Of a DNA stretch of 55,163 bases, positions 38,391 through 52,826 are shown in pieces. The notes under the pieces were generated by a model that was not told the DNA's origin, made no database searches, and saw nothing but the letters and a program-made list of their open reading frames with translations. How positions within the stretch are numbered: position 1 is the stretch's first letter; the number at the start of each line of letters is the position of its first letter. Origin of the DNA: Octopus bimaculoides (lineage: Eukaryota); NCBI RefSeq assembly GCF_001194135.2, contig NC_068981.1, positions 67,990,520 to 68,045,682 on the forward strand, read 5' to 3'. The position numbers were made by a program, and so were the translations under genes.

Positions 38391-38718
38391 GTGCATGACT
38401 CAGTGGTTAGAACTTCGGGCTCACAATCATGAGGTAGTGAATTCGATTACCGTGCCGAGCTGTGTGTTGTGTTCTTGAGCAAGACACTTTAATTCACGTT
38501 GCTCCAGTTCACTGAAATGTAAAAATGAGTTGCGACGGCACTGGTGCCAAGCTGTGTCGGCCTTTACCTTTCTCTTGGATAACGTATGTGGTGTGGAGAG
38601 GGTGGACTGGTATGCATAGGTGACTGATGGTTTTCCATAAACAACCTTGCACGAACTTGTGCTTCGGAGGGTAGCATTCTAGGTGGCTATTCATGACCGA
38701 AGGGTGTCTTTAGCCTTT
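38391..38718 (+). mobile_element. tRNA-derived SINE family 2 (copy 1)
   Basis: A-box-like TGACTCAGTGG, B-box-like ATTCGATTACC, then GTTCTTGAGCAAGACACTTTAATTCACGTTGCTCCAGTTCAC (CORE/Meta-type central box). Homologous to 50970-51150. Confidence 0.8.
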
Positions 38719-39137
38719 ATATGTATAAGTATATAGTGGAAGTGTATAATTTAATGGTCAGGGTGTTTGAGTCATGATCGTAGTCTTATGCTTTCCATTT
38801 CTGGACCAGAAAAATGCTTAAGAATACCGTCCATGACGTTGGAAAGTAAATGGGGTAACTAAATACCAGATGTCGTTTAATACGATGCATTATACATCCT
38901 ATCAAATCATTGCCCTTACCTGATACATAATTTTTTTCAAGCCCAAGAGAATGAGAGAAAAATTTATTCTCAAAACAATTATACCTCATATCGCAGAAAC
39001 TCGTACAAACAAAAAAAGTCAATAGAATTATGTCAGTTCTTGAAGCATGTGTACAATTATGCAAACATTTAGTGTTATCAATATGTAATCATTTGAAGGG
39101 ATATGTTAGGATAATACTAAATATGTTGCATAATATA

Positions 39138-39547
39138 GGCACAGGAGTGGCTCTGTGGTAAGTTGTTTGCTTACCAACCACATGGTTCCGGGTTCATTCC
39201 CACTGCGTGGCATCTTGGGCAGGTGTCTTCTACTATAGCCTCGGGTCGACCGAAGCCTTGTGAGTGGATTTGGTAGACGGAAACTGAAAGAAGCCCGTCG
39301 TATATATGTATGTGTATGTATGTGTGTGTATATGTTTGTGTGTCTCTGTTTGTCCCCCCGTATCGCTTGACAACCGATGGTGGTGTGTTTACGTCCCCGT
39401 AGCGTTAGCGGTTCGGCAAAAAAGACCGATAAGATAAGTACTAGGCTTCCAAAGAATTAGTCCTGGGGACGATTTGCTCGACTAAAAGGCGGTGCTCCAA
39501 CAAGGTCGCAGTCAAATGACTGAAACAAGTAAAAGAGTAAAAGAATA
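39138..39547 (+). mobile_element. tRNA-derived SINE family 1 (copy 2, fuller length)
   Basis: Colinear with 9498-9872. It retains the ggcatcttgggcag segment missing in copy 1 and has an (aaaagagt) tail. Confidence 0.9.
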
Positions 39548-40774
39548 ATGTAATGTGATCCCCTTTTTAAGTTTAAGTTTTAATGCATTTAAATAAGTTT
39601 TGTATCAAATGAGCCCCATTGAAATATGCCAGAAACGTAGATTTCCTAAATCTAAATAGAATTCAGTAAAGAATTTTTTTCATGTACGAATATTGATAAG
39701 GCAACTTTTAAAAGAAATAATTTGCAATTGAAAGGTGATGCATATTGGTTTAAAACGTACCGGACATTTGGCAGAAAAATGTCATGACGTTTTGGGCAGT
39801 CCATGTAGAAACAAACACTAACCTTCATCCTCTAGGTATTGACAATTCAAATGCAAATACAGCCTTTGGTATTTCTTTTCTAATCAAAACTTTAATATCT
39901 TTTTCAACTCTAACATTTATAAAGTTTTGTTCTATCGCATTCCATATAACTGTAACTTCCTTTGAAACAGAGTCCCCTTAAAATTAAAGCATTTATGCTC
40001 TGAAAATCTATCATCTATTATTGTTTAACTGAATAAGCGCATGAATGGCTTCTATCCCTTTCAAGTTGCTTAGACTGAATTTCCAAATTGCAACACAAGT
40101 TTCTATTGAAATCATTCTGCTGTATATCAGTATCAAGCAAATTTTCTTGATCTGTTACTGACATATCTAGATCTTGATTCTTTCTGTATTATTATTAGAG
40201 AAATATTATCATTAGAGAAATCACGTGTACGTGTGTGCGCATACACTCGTGCATACATACTCAGGCACACACACGCGCACACACACCAACACGTACATAT
40301 ATATATATATATATANNNNNNNNNNNNNNNNNNNNNNNNNNNNNNNNNNNNNNNNNNNNNNNNNNNNNNNNNNNNNNNNNNNNNNNNTATATATATGTAT
40401 GTATATATATATGTCAAGAGATATTAATTCTTAAGGAGAAAGGATACGTAGATGAAATGAGAGCATTAGTGACGTATTTTTCTCCTGAAAGCATTGGAGC
40501 TTAATTCATTACGCAGTGTGTACCTATATGTCCAAGGACGTTATGCCTTCCGTGAAAATATGAGATAAAGTGTCGTAACACTCGAGAGGTGATCATGAAG
40601 ACCCAATAATTCTAAAATATTTTGTGGAAATTTATAGCTGAGAAACAAATACACACTTATGCATATATACCTGTACGAACGTACACATATCCATAATGAA
40701 AATTGTCCTCAGTGTGTGCATATGTGTGATTACATGAATAACCTATGCATTCATTGCTTATTAATATATATGTT

Positions 40775-42350
40775 TATGTTAGGTCATTAAAGTACAGCGA
40801 AAGAGTCCCTAATGCGGAAGTTGCGATGGTTGAGTTTGGTACGGGTGAAAACGTTGGAAATGAACAAGCAATTATGGGAGCGAAGTCGGGGTAGGAAGGG
40901 ATCTGGAAAGGGTGTTTTGTGTGGGAAGAAGCAGCTATGAATGAGGAAGTTGCAGAGTCGAGGCACACTTGATGGAATAATTTTATGGAAGGGAGAAGAA
41001 GCTGGTAGTGGCAGGGTCACTGGAGGAGTAGTAAAGGATGATGGTATGCTGTACGGGCAGGATAGCTGGATGGTAGTTCAGACGATAGTAAATGCAATGT
41101 GTGGGATCCCAGATCCGTGATGTAAAGGCTGAACAGCAATCAACGAGAAGGAGGCAGTATAAGGCATAATGGATAAGGGAGAGTGGGTAAATATGTCGTA
41201 TAAAGACGCAGGCCATTTGTTGAAACTACGTCTTGATGCAGTGGTTATTGTAGTAGGAATGCCGGAGACGGAGGATCTGGGAACAGAAAAAGCGCTTGGC
41301 GTGAGGTTCGAGTAGAAGAAAACAACTAGGAGTTGGAGTTGGTGTGTTTGCAGAAATGGAAGTGGAGAGTACGAAGCTAGTTGTGTGGATAGAGGCAGTG
41401 ATATCGAAAATGTTAAGAGAAGCATCAGAGATGGAAAACTTAAACTGGAGAGAGGTGTGAAAAGAACTGATGAAAGAGATCAAAGTATTTAGCTCCCCGG
41501 GCACATTTAACGAGAGTACAGTTCTGGAGTGGGACTTTTGTACAGGGTAAATATCTGGGGTTCCTCTTAGCCAACACAACGTTACTGGTGTTTTGAGACA
41601 TACTCTCTTTCCAATGGCTGCTATAGCAACGTGTTCATGCATGTAACCCAGACAGCGGAAACAATTATTTGTAAGCAGAGGCTCGTTTAAACAAAACAGA
41701 ATAGAGATTTCAGGATAGAGAGTAGAAAATAGGTGGAGAAGGTGTTTAAGAACTTGAACGCCATCATTGTGAGGGATGGCGATGTAAAGAGAGGTGAGAT
41801 CCATGGTGAAACTGAGGCGGGATGAGAAGGAAGGAAAAGGGAAGGTGTACTGTGGATTATGGTTGGTTTAATATATGTAGGAGAGGCGATCAACAGCCAG
41901 GTGTCGTGGAGTGTATCTGCCAGAAAGTGCAGAGATGAATTCAGTGAGGGTGGTTACAAGCAGAGACAAATGTGTAGCCAAGGGTTTCGAGTTTGTGGAC
42001 CCTGAGCAGTTTGTATATGTTGAGGTGCAAAGGGTGTGGACGGACTACGAAGTAGGAGTCAGAGGGAGAATGAGGGAGGAGAAAACAAGCGGATGATGTT
42101 AATGTAACAAACTGTCGGTTGCGAGGTTGTGGTTAAATGACACTGGAATATAGATGAAGTCTTTCCGAAGCTGATGCATAGCTTCATTTTATAGATGCCG
42201 GGCACAAAGACCAACATAACGCCGCCTATATCTGCTGGTTTGATGACGATGTAATCAGAGTGATAATGGAGGGGAAACTGTCCAGTTCGGTCCAGGAGAC
42301 TTTCATACGGTGCAAAGATTTTCAGAAGTTAGAGTAGTAAGCTGCCCACT
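40775..42350 (-). mobile_element. Decayed Penelope-like element (RT through linker, truncated before GIY-YIG)
   Basis: Minus strand: DYIVIKPADIGG, MDLTSLYIAIPHNDGVQVLKHLL, LLTNNCF, LNYHPAILPVQHTII...SDPATTSFFSLP. These are PLE RT motifs IKPADKG, MDV.SLYT.IPH.DG and LTYHP. Confidence 0.85.
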
Positions 42351-42494
42351 GAAAGGTATTGGTATTTATATACATAATACTGAATTTGCCAGGTCGTACT
42401 AAATCTGTCTTACGCTTCATTCATCAATTATTTGTATTATGTCAACTAACACTGTGGGATTCCTGACGCAGATCGAGAAGAAATATACCCCAGC

Positions 42495-42565
42495 AGGTAG
42501 CCCAACAGGTAGCCCAACAGGTAGCCCAACAGGTAGCCCAACAGGTAGCCCAACTGGTAGCCCAA
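42495..42565 (+). repeat. 12 bp minisatellite
   Basis: (caggtagcccaa) about 6 copies, the last unit with ctgg. Confidence 0.95.
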
Positions 42566-43550
42566 TGTGTGCACGTGTTTTACCCAATACACTAATTCAC
42601 ATATACCTATTAGTCCCAAAACAGAAACAAACAAACACACACACACATGTAAAAATTCAGTTATAAAATAAAGCTTGCGATTAAGATGTTTTTTGAGCTG
42701 GTGTTCGTTATAAGTGGAATGGACATGTAGAATAGATATGGCTCTTTCGCTATCGTTTTCTGATTTCCAAATAATAGGACAATTCGCAAATATGATGTAA
42801 CATAAAACTTATTTTTGAATGAATCAGCCGAGATAGCATGATCAAATATTTATAAATGGCAACACTGAAAGATCCCCGCAAGCAACCGCTGAACTATAAC
42901 TTGATTTTGCTTTTCTGCTAGAACTAGAATTTTACGAAGCTATTTCATCTACTTCAATCTACAGGATATAGTTTCAATAAGAAACATGAATACTGGTTCT
43001 ATTAATAATATCTAACCAAAAGTTTTAGGCAATCTATTGTTAGAATGTACAATTTACTTGTTAAATTCTGCATTTTATATTTTAGGAATGTACGTTTTAG
43101 TGAATTTTATTTTACGAAGTCGGTTACTGCACCAGGCACGCAGATGAAACCAGAGCATCGTCAGAAATAATGCGTTCAAAAATTACCGTTAATGTTTCAG
43201 GCATAACTGTTATGATAATGTATCAGGCATAACCATTATGATAATCCATTCAATATTCATCATTAAAAAATAAATCAATCTTTTTGTCTGTAGTGCAGTT
43301 GTTATTCATGACTTAGTCACTGATACATTTTACTTTATTATTTAGTTATAGCATGTGATATTGTAAACGTTCTTACTAATCGAAGCAGACTAAATTTGAG
43401 GTGAGGAACACTTTAAAATATACGTTCTCTATATTTTCTATCATTATTGTTTGAACATTTGTCAGCTCAAAATATAGAGGAAAGTTATCGTTATATAATT
43501 TAAATATTTATTTAGCAGTTATACACACATACGCATACACATGCACAGAT

Positions 43551-43599
<49 letters not shown>

Positions 43600-46047
43600 C
43601 ACACAAATGAAGCATCCATTTGCTTGTCGCTTCAAAAGCAATGCTGTTTTTGAAGTAAATGAAGAAAACTTTTTTTTAAAAAAAAGAAGATATGAGGAGT
43701 TAATGTCATAAATAAAAGAAATGCAAGGAAATGTCCAGAAGGAAGTATGTTCAAGGGACAAGTTTTGCGAAGAATGACATGGGATTGAAGATAACGATTT
43801 TAAATATACTGCCACATATCTTATAATGATAGAGAAAAGGACGAAGTTTATAGGTTGAAACATTTACCTGCTCCTCAAAATTGAATAAAAGAAATTGAAT
43901 CGGATGGTAGACGACTCAATTCCTTACGATAAATCAACGAACCCTATCTTTTCAATTCGCTGCATCTGAAGCAGTAGTATAAAATATTAACAGTGCTTGG
44001 CTATTCAATGTACGAACACATTTCTGAAATAAGGATATTTATCATCATACGATGTCCACCCGTGACCTGTATTTTCTGGAAGCAACAGCATTTCGTCCAA
44101 TCGATTGTAAAAAAAAAATACTACACAGAATAAATTGTTGTCTCCTTGGCTGTCTTAAAATAGTACAGCTGCTTATGAAGAAGATACGAAAATGTACACA
44201 CTGGAAGAGAAATTTACTTGGCAAACGGTATTCGCAATTTTTTCCAGTTTTCTTTAAGAAAGCAAGTAGTGGAAAAATAATACCAAATAGTTTCCTTCCA
44301 GCAGCACAAACTCCGATCTGTTATGATATGAAGAGTCGGGTGATGGAAAAACTGTACCAATAACAACGGCAGTATGAAAAACTGCAGAACGGTGCATTAA
44401 AGGTTATCTCTTATATATGCCTGGAAGACACCTCCTTAAAGGTGAATACACTGTTACTTTTCAAGCTGAAACGGTTAATATGAATCAAGATTACTTTCAT
44501 TTCTTGTTACTTGGAACCGTTTGTGCTGAGCCGAAGGCTCATTTTAAGACCCTGCAATTAGAATTCTTGTAGAAAAGACGTGAGCTGCAATGAAATTCCA
44601 CAGGCATATTCTGGAGAGAACGTACTGGCTCTACACACACATGTATGCATGTGTGTATGTATATATGTATGCAGTTACGTACGCATGGGTGTAGGTTGTA
44701 CACAACGTAAACGACGTGTCGTGCACAACTTATCTGAATGGAACAAATGTCATTGTTGAAGCGATAGAGAAGACAGCAAGACGAGACAAAACGCATATTT
44801 CATAGGGAATAGAGGTTGTATGGGAAATTATTTGCAACCAATTAATTGGTTGTAGGTACTCATAGGATGTAATCAAGGATCTCACTGTGATGTCCTGCAG
44901 CACTAATTTTTCCAAGCAATAATCCAGCGGTGGCCTCACTCAAAGATAATAGTGTCAACTATTTTGGTGTTTTCGCTGATCATGAAAATATATTCTGGGT
45001 TTGAAGGGAATCACCAGATGTAGGGATACAGTCCTACGTATGAACCTTTCAAGTTAGAAAACTTCAGTGGCAGTAACTCTCAGCATTTGGGGGAAACAGA
45101 GAGTTCCTTGCCTAGAAGCGGCATATAATTTATGGTAAAAATAAATGATATTTCTTTGCTAAGAAACTTTTAGTGTATAAAAGAAAAATATTTGCATGTA
45201 ACCAAGGGGACGTTATTTTGTTGGCATGTGATGATGTTTTTTTTTGCGCCTGGATATTGCATGGTTAGCAAAACTTAAGATTGAAGGGTCTTTGTATCGG
45301 TATTTGAGTTGACAACATTGCACGAGGTCCCGAGTAGGCAATTGTTTTATAGAAGGAAGAAGCTAGGAGAAAACACGAAACCTCAAAACACGGTTGAGTC
45401 GATGATAAGTGAAAAAATTTAACTCATGAAATAGCGTGAAGACGCAATCAGACCGGAGTAGATTGATTTGTAAAAAGATAGGTTGACAAAGCACGTGAGC
45501 GGAAATTAGAATAAATTATTTCTATGTCAGACGCAGTTGAAGAGGTTACATGTGCCTAGGTCAGCAGTATTGCTTCCATTTAGTGAGGTATTGCACCCAT
45601 AGAAGACGAACTTTGAAGTACCATCATGTGTATGGAACAAATATCTAAGAATTGTGTAGCTTCTCATTGTCGTATACATAAAGAATCCGGAGCTACAAAG
45701 AAAGGGATCACGTCCTGCAATGACCACAAAAACGAATAAGTTTTATGCAATTAGTTTAAAATAATGTATTTTTTTCAGATAGGCATGAATATATGTGGTT
45801 CTCATTTAGTAGACGGAACATAGATGAACTTCTGAAAGCCTGTACCTAAAATCGCCATGTGGAAGAGTACCGTCTCTAAAGAATGAAGAATGAACTATTT
45901 ATTTTACGAAGCAAGATAACGTGAAATTAATACATAACGTCTCCTTTATTAACGCCTAAAGAGTTATGAGGGCTTGATTTCTATCTTCAAACAGGAGATA
46001 CACCGAGAGGAGTACACGCACACACATACGTACACATATATACATGA

Positions 46048-46089
<42 letters not shown>

Positions 46090-46991
46090 NNNNNNNNNNN
46101 NNNNNNNNNNNNNNNNNNNNNNNNNNNNNNNNNNNNNNNNNNNNNNNNNNNNNNNNNNNNNNNNNNNNNNNNNNNNNNNNNNNNNNNNNNNNNNNNNNNN
46201 NNNNNNNNNNNNNNNNNNNNNNNNNNNNNNNNNNNNNNNNNNNNNNNNNNNNNNNNNNNNNNNNNNNNNNNNNNNNNNNNNNNNNNNNNNNNNNNNNNNN
46301 NNNNNNNNNNNNNNNNNNNNNNNNNNNNNNNNNNNNNNNNNNNNNNNNNNNNNNNNNNNNNNNNNNNNNNNNNNNNNNNNNNNNNNNNNNNNNNNNNNNN
46401 NNNNNNNNNNNNNNNNNNNNNNNNNNNNNNNNNNNNNNNNNNNNNNNNNNNNNNNNNNNNNNNNNNNNNNNNNNNNNNNNNNNNNNNNNNNNNNNNNNNN
46501 NNNNNNNNNNNNNNNNNNNNNNNNNNNNNNNNNNNNNNNNNNNNNNNNNNNNNNNNNNNNNNNNNNNNNNNNNNNNNNNNNNNNNNNNNNNNNNNNNNNN
46601 NNNNNNNNNNNNNNNNNNNNNNNNNNNNNNNNNNNNNNNNNNNNNNNNNNNNNNNNNNNNNNNNNNNNNNNNNNNNNNNNNNNNNNNNNNNNNNNNNNNN
46701 NNNNNNNNNNNNNNNNNNNNNNNNNNNNNNNNNNNNNNNNNNNNNNNNNNNNNNNNNNNNNNNNNNNNNNNNNNNNNNNNNNNNNNNNNNNNNNNNNNNN
46801 NNNNNNNNNNNNNNNNNNNNNNNNNNNNNNNNNNNNNNNNNNNNNNNNNNNNNNNNNNNNNNNNNNNNNNNNNNNNNNNNNNNNNNNNNNNNNNNNNNNN
46901 NNNNNNNNNNNNNNNNNNNNNNNNNNNNNNNNNNNNNNNNNNNNNNNNNNNNNNNNNNNNNNNNNNNNNNNNNNNNNNNNNNNNNNNNNNN

Positions 46992-47024
<33 letters not shown>

Positions 47025-49260
47025 GTATGTATTTATGTATGTATGTATGTATGTATGTATGTATGTATGTATATGTATGAGGCACAATTTGACTTAATAG
47101 AAGCCAAGGTGATGAAGATCAATCACCACACCATCTCATATAGTAAACGTCTGAAGAGCTGTTTGCCAAATTTGAGAATTTTCCCGATATTTTCAAAATG
47201 AGATGTGATTAGTTAATTCTTTTTCACCAGCTACATGAAATTCGAAGATTATGGGGAAAATATTAAGACGTGCTATTGGAGATTCCCTCATAAATCATCT
47301 TTTTGAGAGATACTCGATCTATGGAGACTTTGGAGTGCAATACTTATTTTTCGAAACTTACATAAGTTGCTTTCAGATCCCCGCTATTATTGATGACATC
47401 TGTTCTTTCCAATCAAGGATTTCTAACAATGTTAGAATTGAAAACAAATAAGACGTATTCTCTTCACCATGTTATTTCAATAGAGCAGATTGCTTTGGTA
47501 AAGAAAGTTTTAATTTAATGTGGAAAGCTTTTCACAAGTGAACAGGAAAATCGTTGTCACTGATGATGAAATGCACAGGCAGAAGCATTTTGTTGTAAGT
47601 TATTTAAACAGCAAAATGTAAAATAAGAAAATATTGATGCCAATAATCCAGTCCTGCATTTTAATATTTTTTACTTGATTCTTCATATCAAGTAGAATAT
47701 TCAAGCTATCTTTTAGTTCCCCAGTTTCTTTTGTCTCATCTTGAAGTGATTATTATTTTTAAAATGACATACAGAATGATATATAGAATATTGAGAAATG
47801 AATTTAGATTTATTACTATTATGATATAGTTAATCATGCATACAATTATGCAGAAGAGAGATTAAGGTGAACATTGGGTAAAATGTAAGACCCTTTAGTT
47901 GTGGGTAAGTTTGTGTTAAAGAGGGAAAGGCGAATGCCACTGAAATTGTGTTCCTTGATACTTTGAATCAAAATATGGAAGGTTTTGCAAACTAGCATAA
48001 ACGCAAATACACAAACACAAACACAGCACTCACACTTTTTAAAATACAGATGCATACAAAATACACGCACAAACATAATCACAATCACCTTCATCTTGCA
48101 TACTCACATATTAAAATATATACATAGACAAACACATACATTAGATTTACACTCACATAGAATTTACGATTCTACCCGCTCACATAGAGTCACATACATT
48201 GTGCAAATTTACACAAAAACATCCATTAAATTTGCACTCCCACAGAGTGTAAATATAATATGTATATGCATATATTCATCCTATTTATGCGGTTCAGTTT
48301 TAAAGCAACGGCATTTCTTTCTTTGTTAAAGATACTGCAAAAATATTAAAAAAACTAGTACGGATGCGATGTTCACTGTACTACAATATAAATCAGAAGT
48401 GGAATATGTCTTATCGTAGTTTTATGCATCATGTTAGGTACGCACTAATCCTGTAGATGTATTTAAAATTACTTACTTAAATCATATTGAAAAGGTATGT
48501 AGAAAATCAGTTCAAGTCTTTCTATATGTATCATTTGCATAAATGAAATTACAATGAAAATATAGTCTCATTTATTTCGAAAGTTGGCCGAAATGTTTCA
48601 CGAATTATATTACTGGAAAATATAAATATATAAGACAGATATGTGTCTTTATGTTTGAAGATACTCTACGCAAACAAAATGCGCATTTCTCTTATAGAAA
48701 GGAAGTTCTCATTTATATTTATGAAGGAAAGGATTTGTTCAGTTTAATAACGCAAAGCACTTTAGAAAGTGAAGTTTTAAAAATGTATTACAAGGAAAAT
48801 GACACGACAAGATAGGGGAAGGAATCACATACAGCATTTTGGTGTTAATCCATTATTCTTATTCTTTAAAATCGAAATTGAATATCAATATATATAGCAC
48901 TGACGTTTTTCTCGTCATAACCCTAAATACATATGGGCACACACCATATTTATATTTATATATAGGAGCATATGTTCATGTTTAGATATTGCAATATACA
49001 AAACATATGGCTATGTGAAAATACACACACACATATATAACTAGACAATTGCTGCGAAAAACGCAAGAAAGACTTACAGCAACCATTCTTCTTAGAAAAG
49101 TGAAAAGGGAAACCTCCAAGCAGTGAAATCAATCCTGTTTCTCTTATACTGAAACTAACAATTACAACATTTATTATTAAATTATCATATATTTGTGTTT
49201 GTAATATTTATTGATGGATCTATGTATGTATGTATGTATGTATGTATGTATGTATGTATG

Positions 49261-49295
<35 letters not shown>

Positions 49296-49854
49296 GTGTC
49301 TGTCTGTCTGTCTATCCATCTATCTATCTATCTACCTACCTACCAACCTAATGTGATTACTGAGAAATAACAAGGAAATTATATTGATTGCCATCTGTAA
49401 TGTATTCTCGTATTCTCGGAACAATTGCCATTCGTTGAATGTATGTGAAAAGGAATTGCTCTGAAATGTATTACAGCTAATAGAATTCCGAATTGGATAT
49501 AGTCGTTCCCCAAACACCCGAAAGTTGCCATTTATTTCTTTTTTTTTGGTTTTTAAATGTCTATCATTGCTGTTCATGATACACTATGCTACACAATATT
49601 TTTCGTAATTGATACAGTATAACCCATAGGGTACATATCAAGTATGCAAAATATTTTGCGACAAAATAAAACAAATATATCAAATTTTATTCATTATAAC
49701 GTTTGCATTATATAGGATTAATGCTATAAATACAAAATAATGGAATGTGTAATAAATTAACATCTAAATTACGCAAAAAATGAATTAACACTGACATCTT
49801 ATTTTAACAGATATATTTAGCATAATTACATAAAAAATATCTTGAAATACTAAA

Positions 49855-50075
49855 AAGTAAAGTTATTGAGTAAATCCCCATCAAAATCAACCACGGCCTC
49901 CATAAAAGGTCGAAATCTCATGCAACCTTTGTGGACGATGTCTTTGTTTAAGCTGGTAAATGCTGCCATAAGCCTTTCCTCCACTTCATCTTGGGTGTTA
50001 CAAGGAGTTTTGTTGACCTGGCACTCAACTGCGCCCCACACATAATAATCAAAGAGGTTTCCAAATTTCCGGCTG
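49855..50075 (-). mobile_element. C-terminal fragment of the same DD37D-like transposase family
   Basis: FDYYVWGAVECQVNKTPCNTQDEVEERLMAAFTSLNKDIVHKGCMRFRPFMEAVVDFDGD. Confidence 0.8.
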
Positions 50076-50217
50076 AGTAAATTGTTATGGTGCTGTTTTT
50101 TTCTCGCAAACGGTGCCCAACTGACCCTACAATATTGTTTGGTAGACAGAATCAAAGGCAACAGTGCACATATGCAAAATAAAATCTATAAGATGGCGGC
50201 AACCTACCCATCGCAAC

Positions 50218-50263
<46 letters not shown>

Positions 50264-50278
50264 GCACACACACACACA

Positions 50279-50310
<32 letters not shown>

Positions 50311-50969
50311 NNNNNNNNNNNNNNNNNNNNNNNNNNNNNNNNNNNNNNNNNNNNNNNNNNNNNNNNNNNNNNNNNNNNNNNNNNNNNNNNNNNNNNNNNN
50401 NNNNNNNNNNNNNNNNNNNNNNNNNNNNNNNNNNNNNNNNNNNNNNNNNNNNNNNNNNNNNNNNNNNNNNNNNNNNNNNNNNNNNNNNNNNNNNNNNNNN
50501 NNNNNNNNNNNNNNNNNNNNNNNNNNNNNNNNNNNNNNNNNNNNNNNNNNNNNNNNNNNNNNNNNNNNNNNNNNNNNNNNNNNNNNNNNNNNNNNNNNNN
50601 NNNNNNNNNNNNNNNNNNNNNNNNNNNNNNNNNNNNNNNNNNNNNNNNNNNNNNNNNNNNNNNNNNNNNNNNNNNNNNNNNNNNNNNNNNNNNNNNNNNN
50701 NNNNNNNNNNNNNNNNNNNNNNNNNNNNNNNNNNNNNNNNNNNNNNNNNNNNNNNNNNNNNNNNNNNNNNNNNNNNNNNNNNNNNNNNNNNNNNNNNNNN
50801 NNNNNNNNNNNNNNNNNNNNNNNNNNNNNNNNNNNNNATATATATATATATAAATATATATATATATATTTATGTGCTTGTGTGTGTATGTATGTATGAA
50901 TGTATGCATGTATTTATGTATGTATAAATGTATCGCTTAGCTTAATGCTACAGTACTCTTATACCAAGG

Positions 50970-51150
50970 AAGACGCGTGGCATAGCGGTTAGGGTAATTG
51001 GCTCACGATTGCAAGTCATGAGTTCCATTCCCAGCAACGCGTTTTGTCCTTGAGCATAGCACTTTATTTCACGTTGCTCTAGTTCCCTCAGCTGCCAAAC
51101 ATTGAGTTGTCACACCTGTCTCACACTGAATCTATTTGAGAACTATGTTC
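50970..51150 (+). mobile_element. tRNA-derived SINE family 2 (truncated copy 2)
   Basis: TGGCATAGCGG, GAGTTCCATTCCC, GTCCTTGAGCATAGCACTTTATTTCACGTTGCTCTAGTTC. Confidence 0.75.
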
Positions 51151-52770
51151 CGTTGATTTTATTAACCTAAATCCTTGTCGTTGTAACCTATTGAGTGCCC
51201 CTCTTGTACCGGAACGCCAAGCTAATTAGTAATGTATGAATTACTTGAATGAATTATATGTTCAATTCAATGTAGATCTTTTTCTAGATTTTTTAACGAA
51301 TATATAAAATGCTGATAAGATGTGTTTCTATTTTCAACATAGCAAATCACGTCAGGGAAGAAATCTACAAATACTTCTTATTTTCTTAATATAACTTCAG
51401 GTATATTAATAAGAAATATACAGGAGATGTTATTGAGTAGGATACATTATATTTCAGGATACGATTCGTGGTATCACTACATTCGATTTGGTAGGTAACA
51501 TATAAATGGAAATCATTATTTAAAAAAAGCTAGAAGTAAAAAAAATATTGTGGAAGAGACACTCAGTGGAACAAATATATGTTTCAATCATGACCAGCTG
51601 TAAAAATGACTTTTTATATATATGTTCTGCTCTGTTTTTGATTTAGAGTTAATTATATTCGACCAGTGAATATTGTTTCAATGTGGGATTTACAAGTATG
51701 TAATAACCAAGCTAATAATTGGTTTACAAAATACTACATAATGTTGTCTTTTTTAATTATGAAAACTATATTTATATAATAAATCTGCTATACACATATA
51801 GATTTATGAACATATAGATTTATGAAAGTGTAGACATGATGCCACTATTGTGTATATTGTTATTGATAATTTCTTCCCAAATAGTTCTATGTGATATAAA
51901 TACGAGGTTACATCACATCGGCTTGTGAGTGAAATACTGCAGGGATGAGGTATTGTTGCGAGTAACGAACATTTCGAATTATCTGCAGTGTCTACAAGAA
52001 ATCTATTAATTATATCTCCCTTAATGAAACATAAACCCAATAAGTAGTGCCGGAAACTCAGGTGGTGCTTGTCTATAGCTTGAATCAATGATGATATACA
52101 ATGCAGTATTGCCGCAACTCTACGCTGATATATCTCGTCTGTAAGCGACTTGTCGATATTTACTAATGACGGTTTGGGGAAAAACGATCTCACTTGGGAG
52201 GACTCGATTCGATATTTTAAATCAATTAATAATACTGATGTCGTGGACAACATTTCCATTTATTACTCAATAGATTTCTTGAACCAATTGAAACCACGAA
52301 CAAAATTAATTATCTGTAGAATGGACAGTGTTACAAGGTGCAGAATATTAAATGTCATCTTGCCCTTTTCACGTCTTTCTATTTATGACTTGAATGATGC
52401 TTCAAACGCACGATCCATTCAAATTAGTCTTAGTATATTACTCGAGAATGCAATGAAGGATGACATGCTGCTTAATGTATCCATGAAGTACGGAGTCTTA
52501 TAAAACCCGCGATCTGTACACTACGTTCATATCGTTAACAGGATTATAGATGAATCTTTCACTGGAAAGAATGCAAGTCTGTTACATGTAATATCTATAA
52601 AATGTAGTCAACCATGAAAGAATGCATTTCTTTTATCGCAGGAGCATCGTACATAGTAATAAATCAGAACATTTAATTTCAATTGCTTACGTAATCAGTG
52701 TATTGCATGTAAATATATGCATGTGTGTGCGTGTGTATCTATTTATCTGTCTGACTGTTAGTCTATCTCC

Positions 52771-52826
<56 letters not shown>

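Larger units (their letters stand above)
3645..50837. other. Assembly gaps: 3645-4154, 14413-14910, 16587-16596, 21916-22368, 28695-28749, 40316-40387, 46090-46991, 50311-50837
   Basis: Runs of N, mostly bordered by (TA)n or (TG)n. Confidence 0.98.

Noticed and set aside
42490-42570. Regular repeat array as CRISPR or a coding TGSP repeat
   Set aside because: 12 bp units with no spacers in a eukaryotic context. It is a simple minisatellite.
45540-45720. Minus-strand exon-like open frame (GRDPFLCSSGFF...)
   Set aside because: No recognisable homology and weak donors, so it cannot be supported.
3492-50927. Long ORFs in the track containing X runs or YI/HT/CV/poly-I repeats
   Set aside because: They only span N-gaps and microsatellites.
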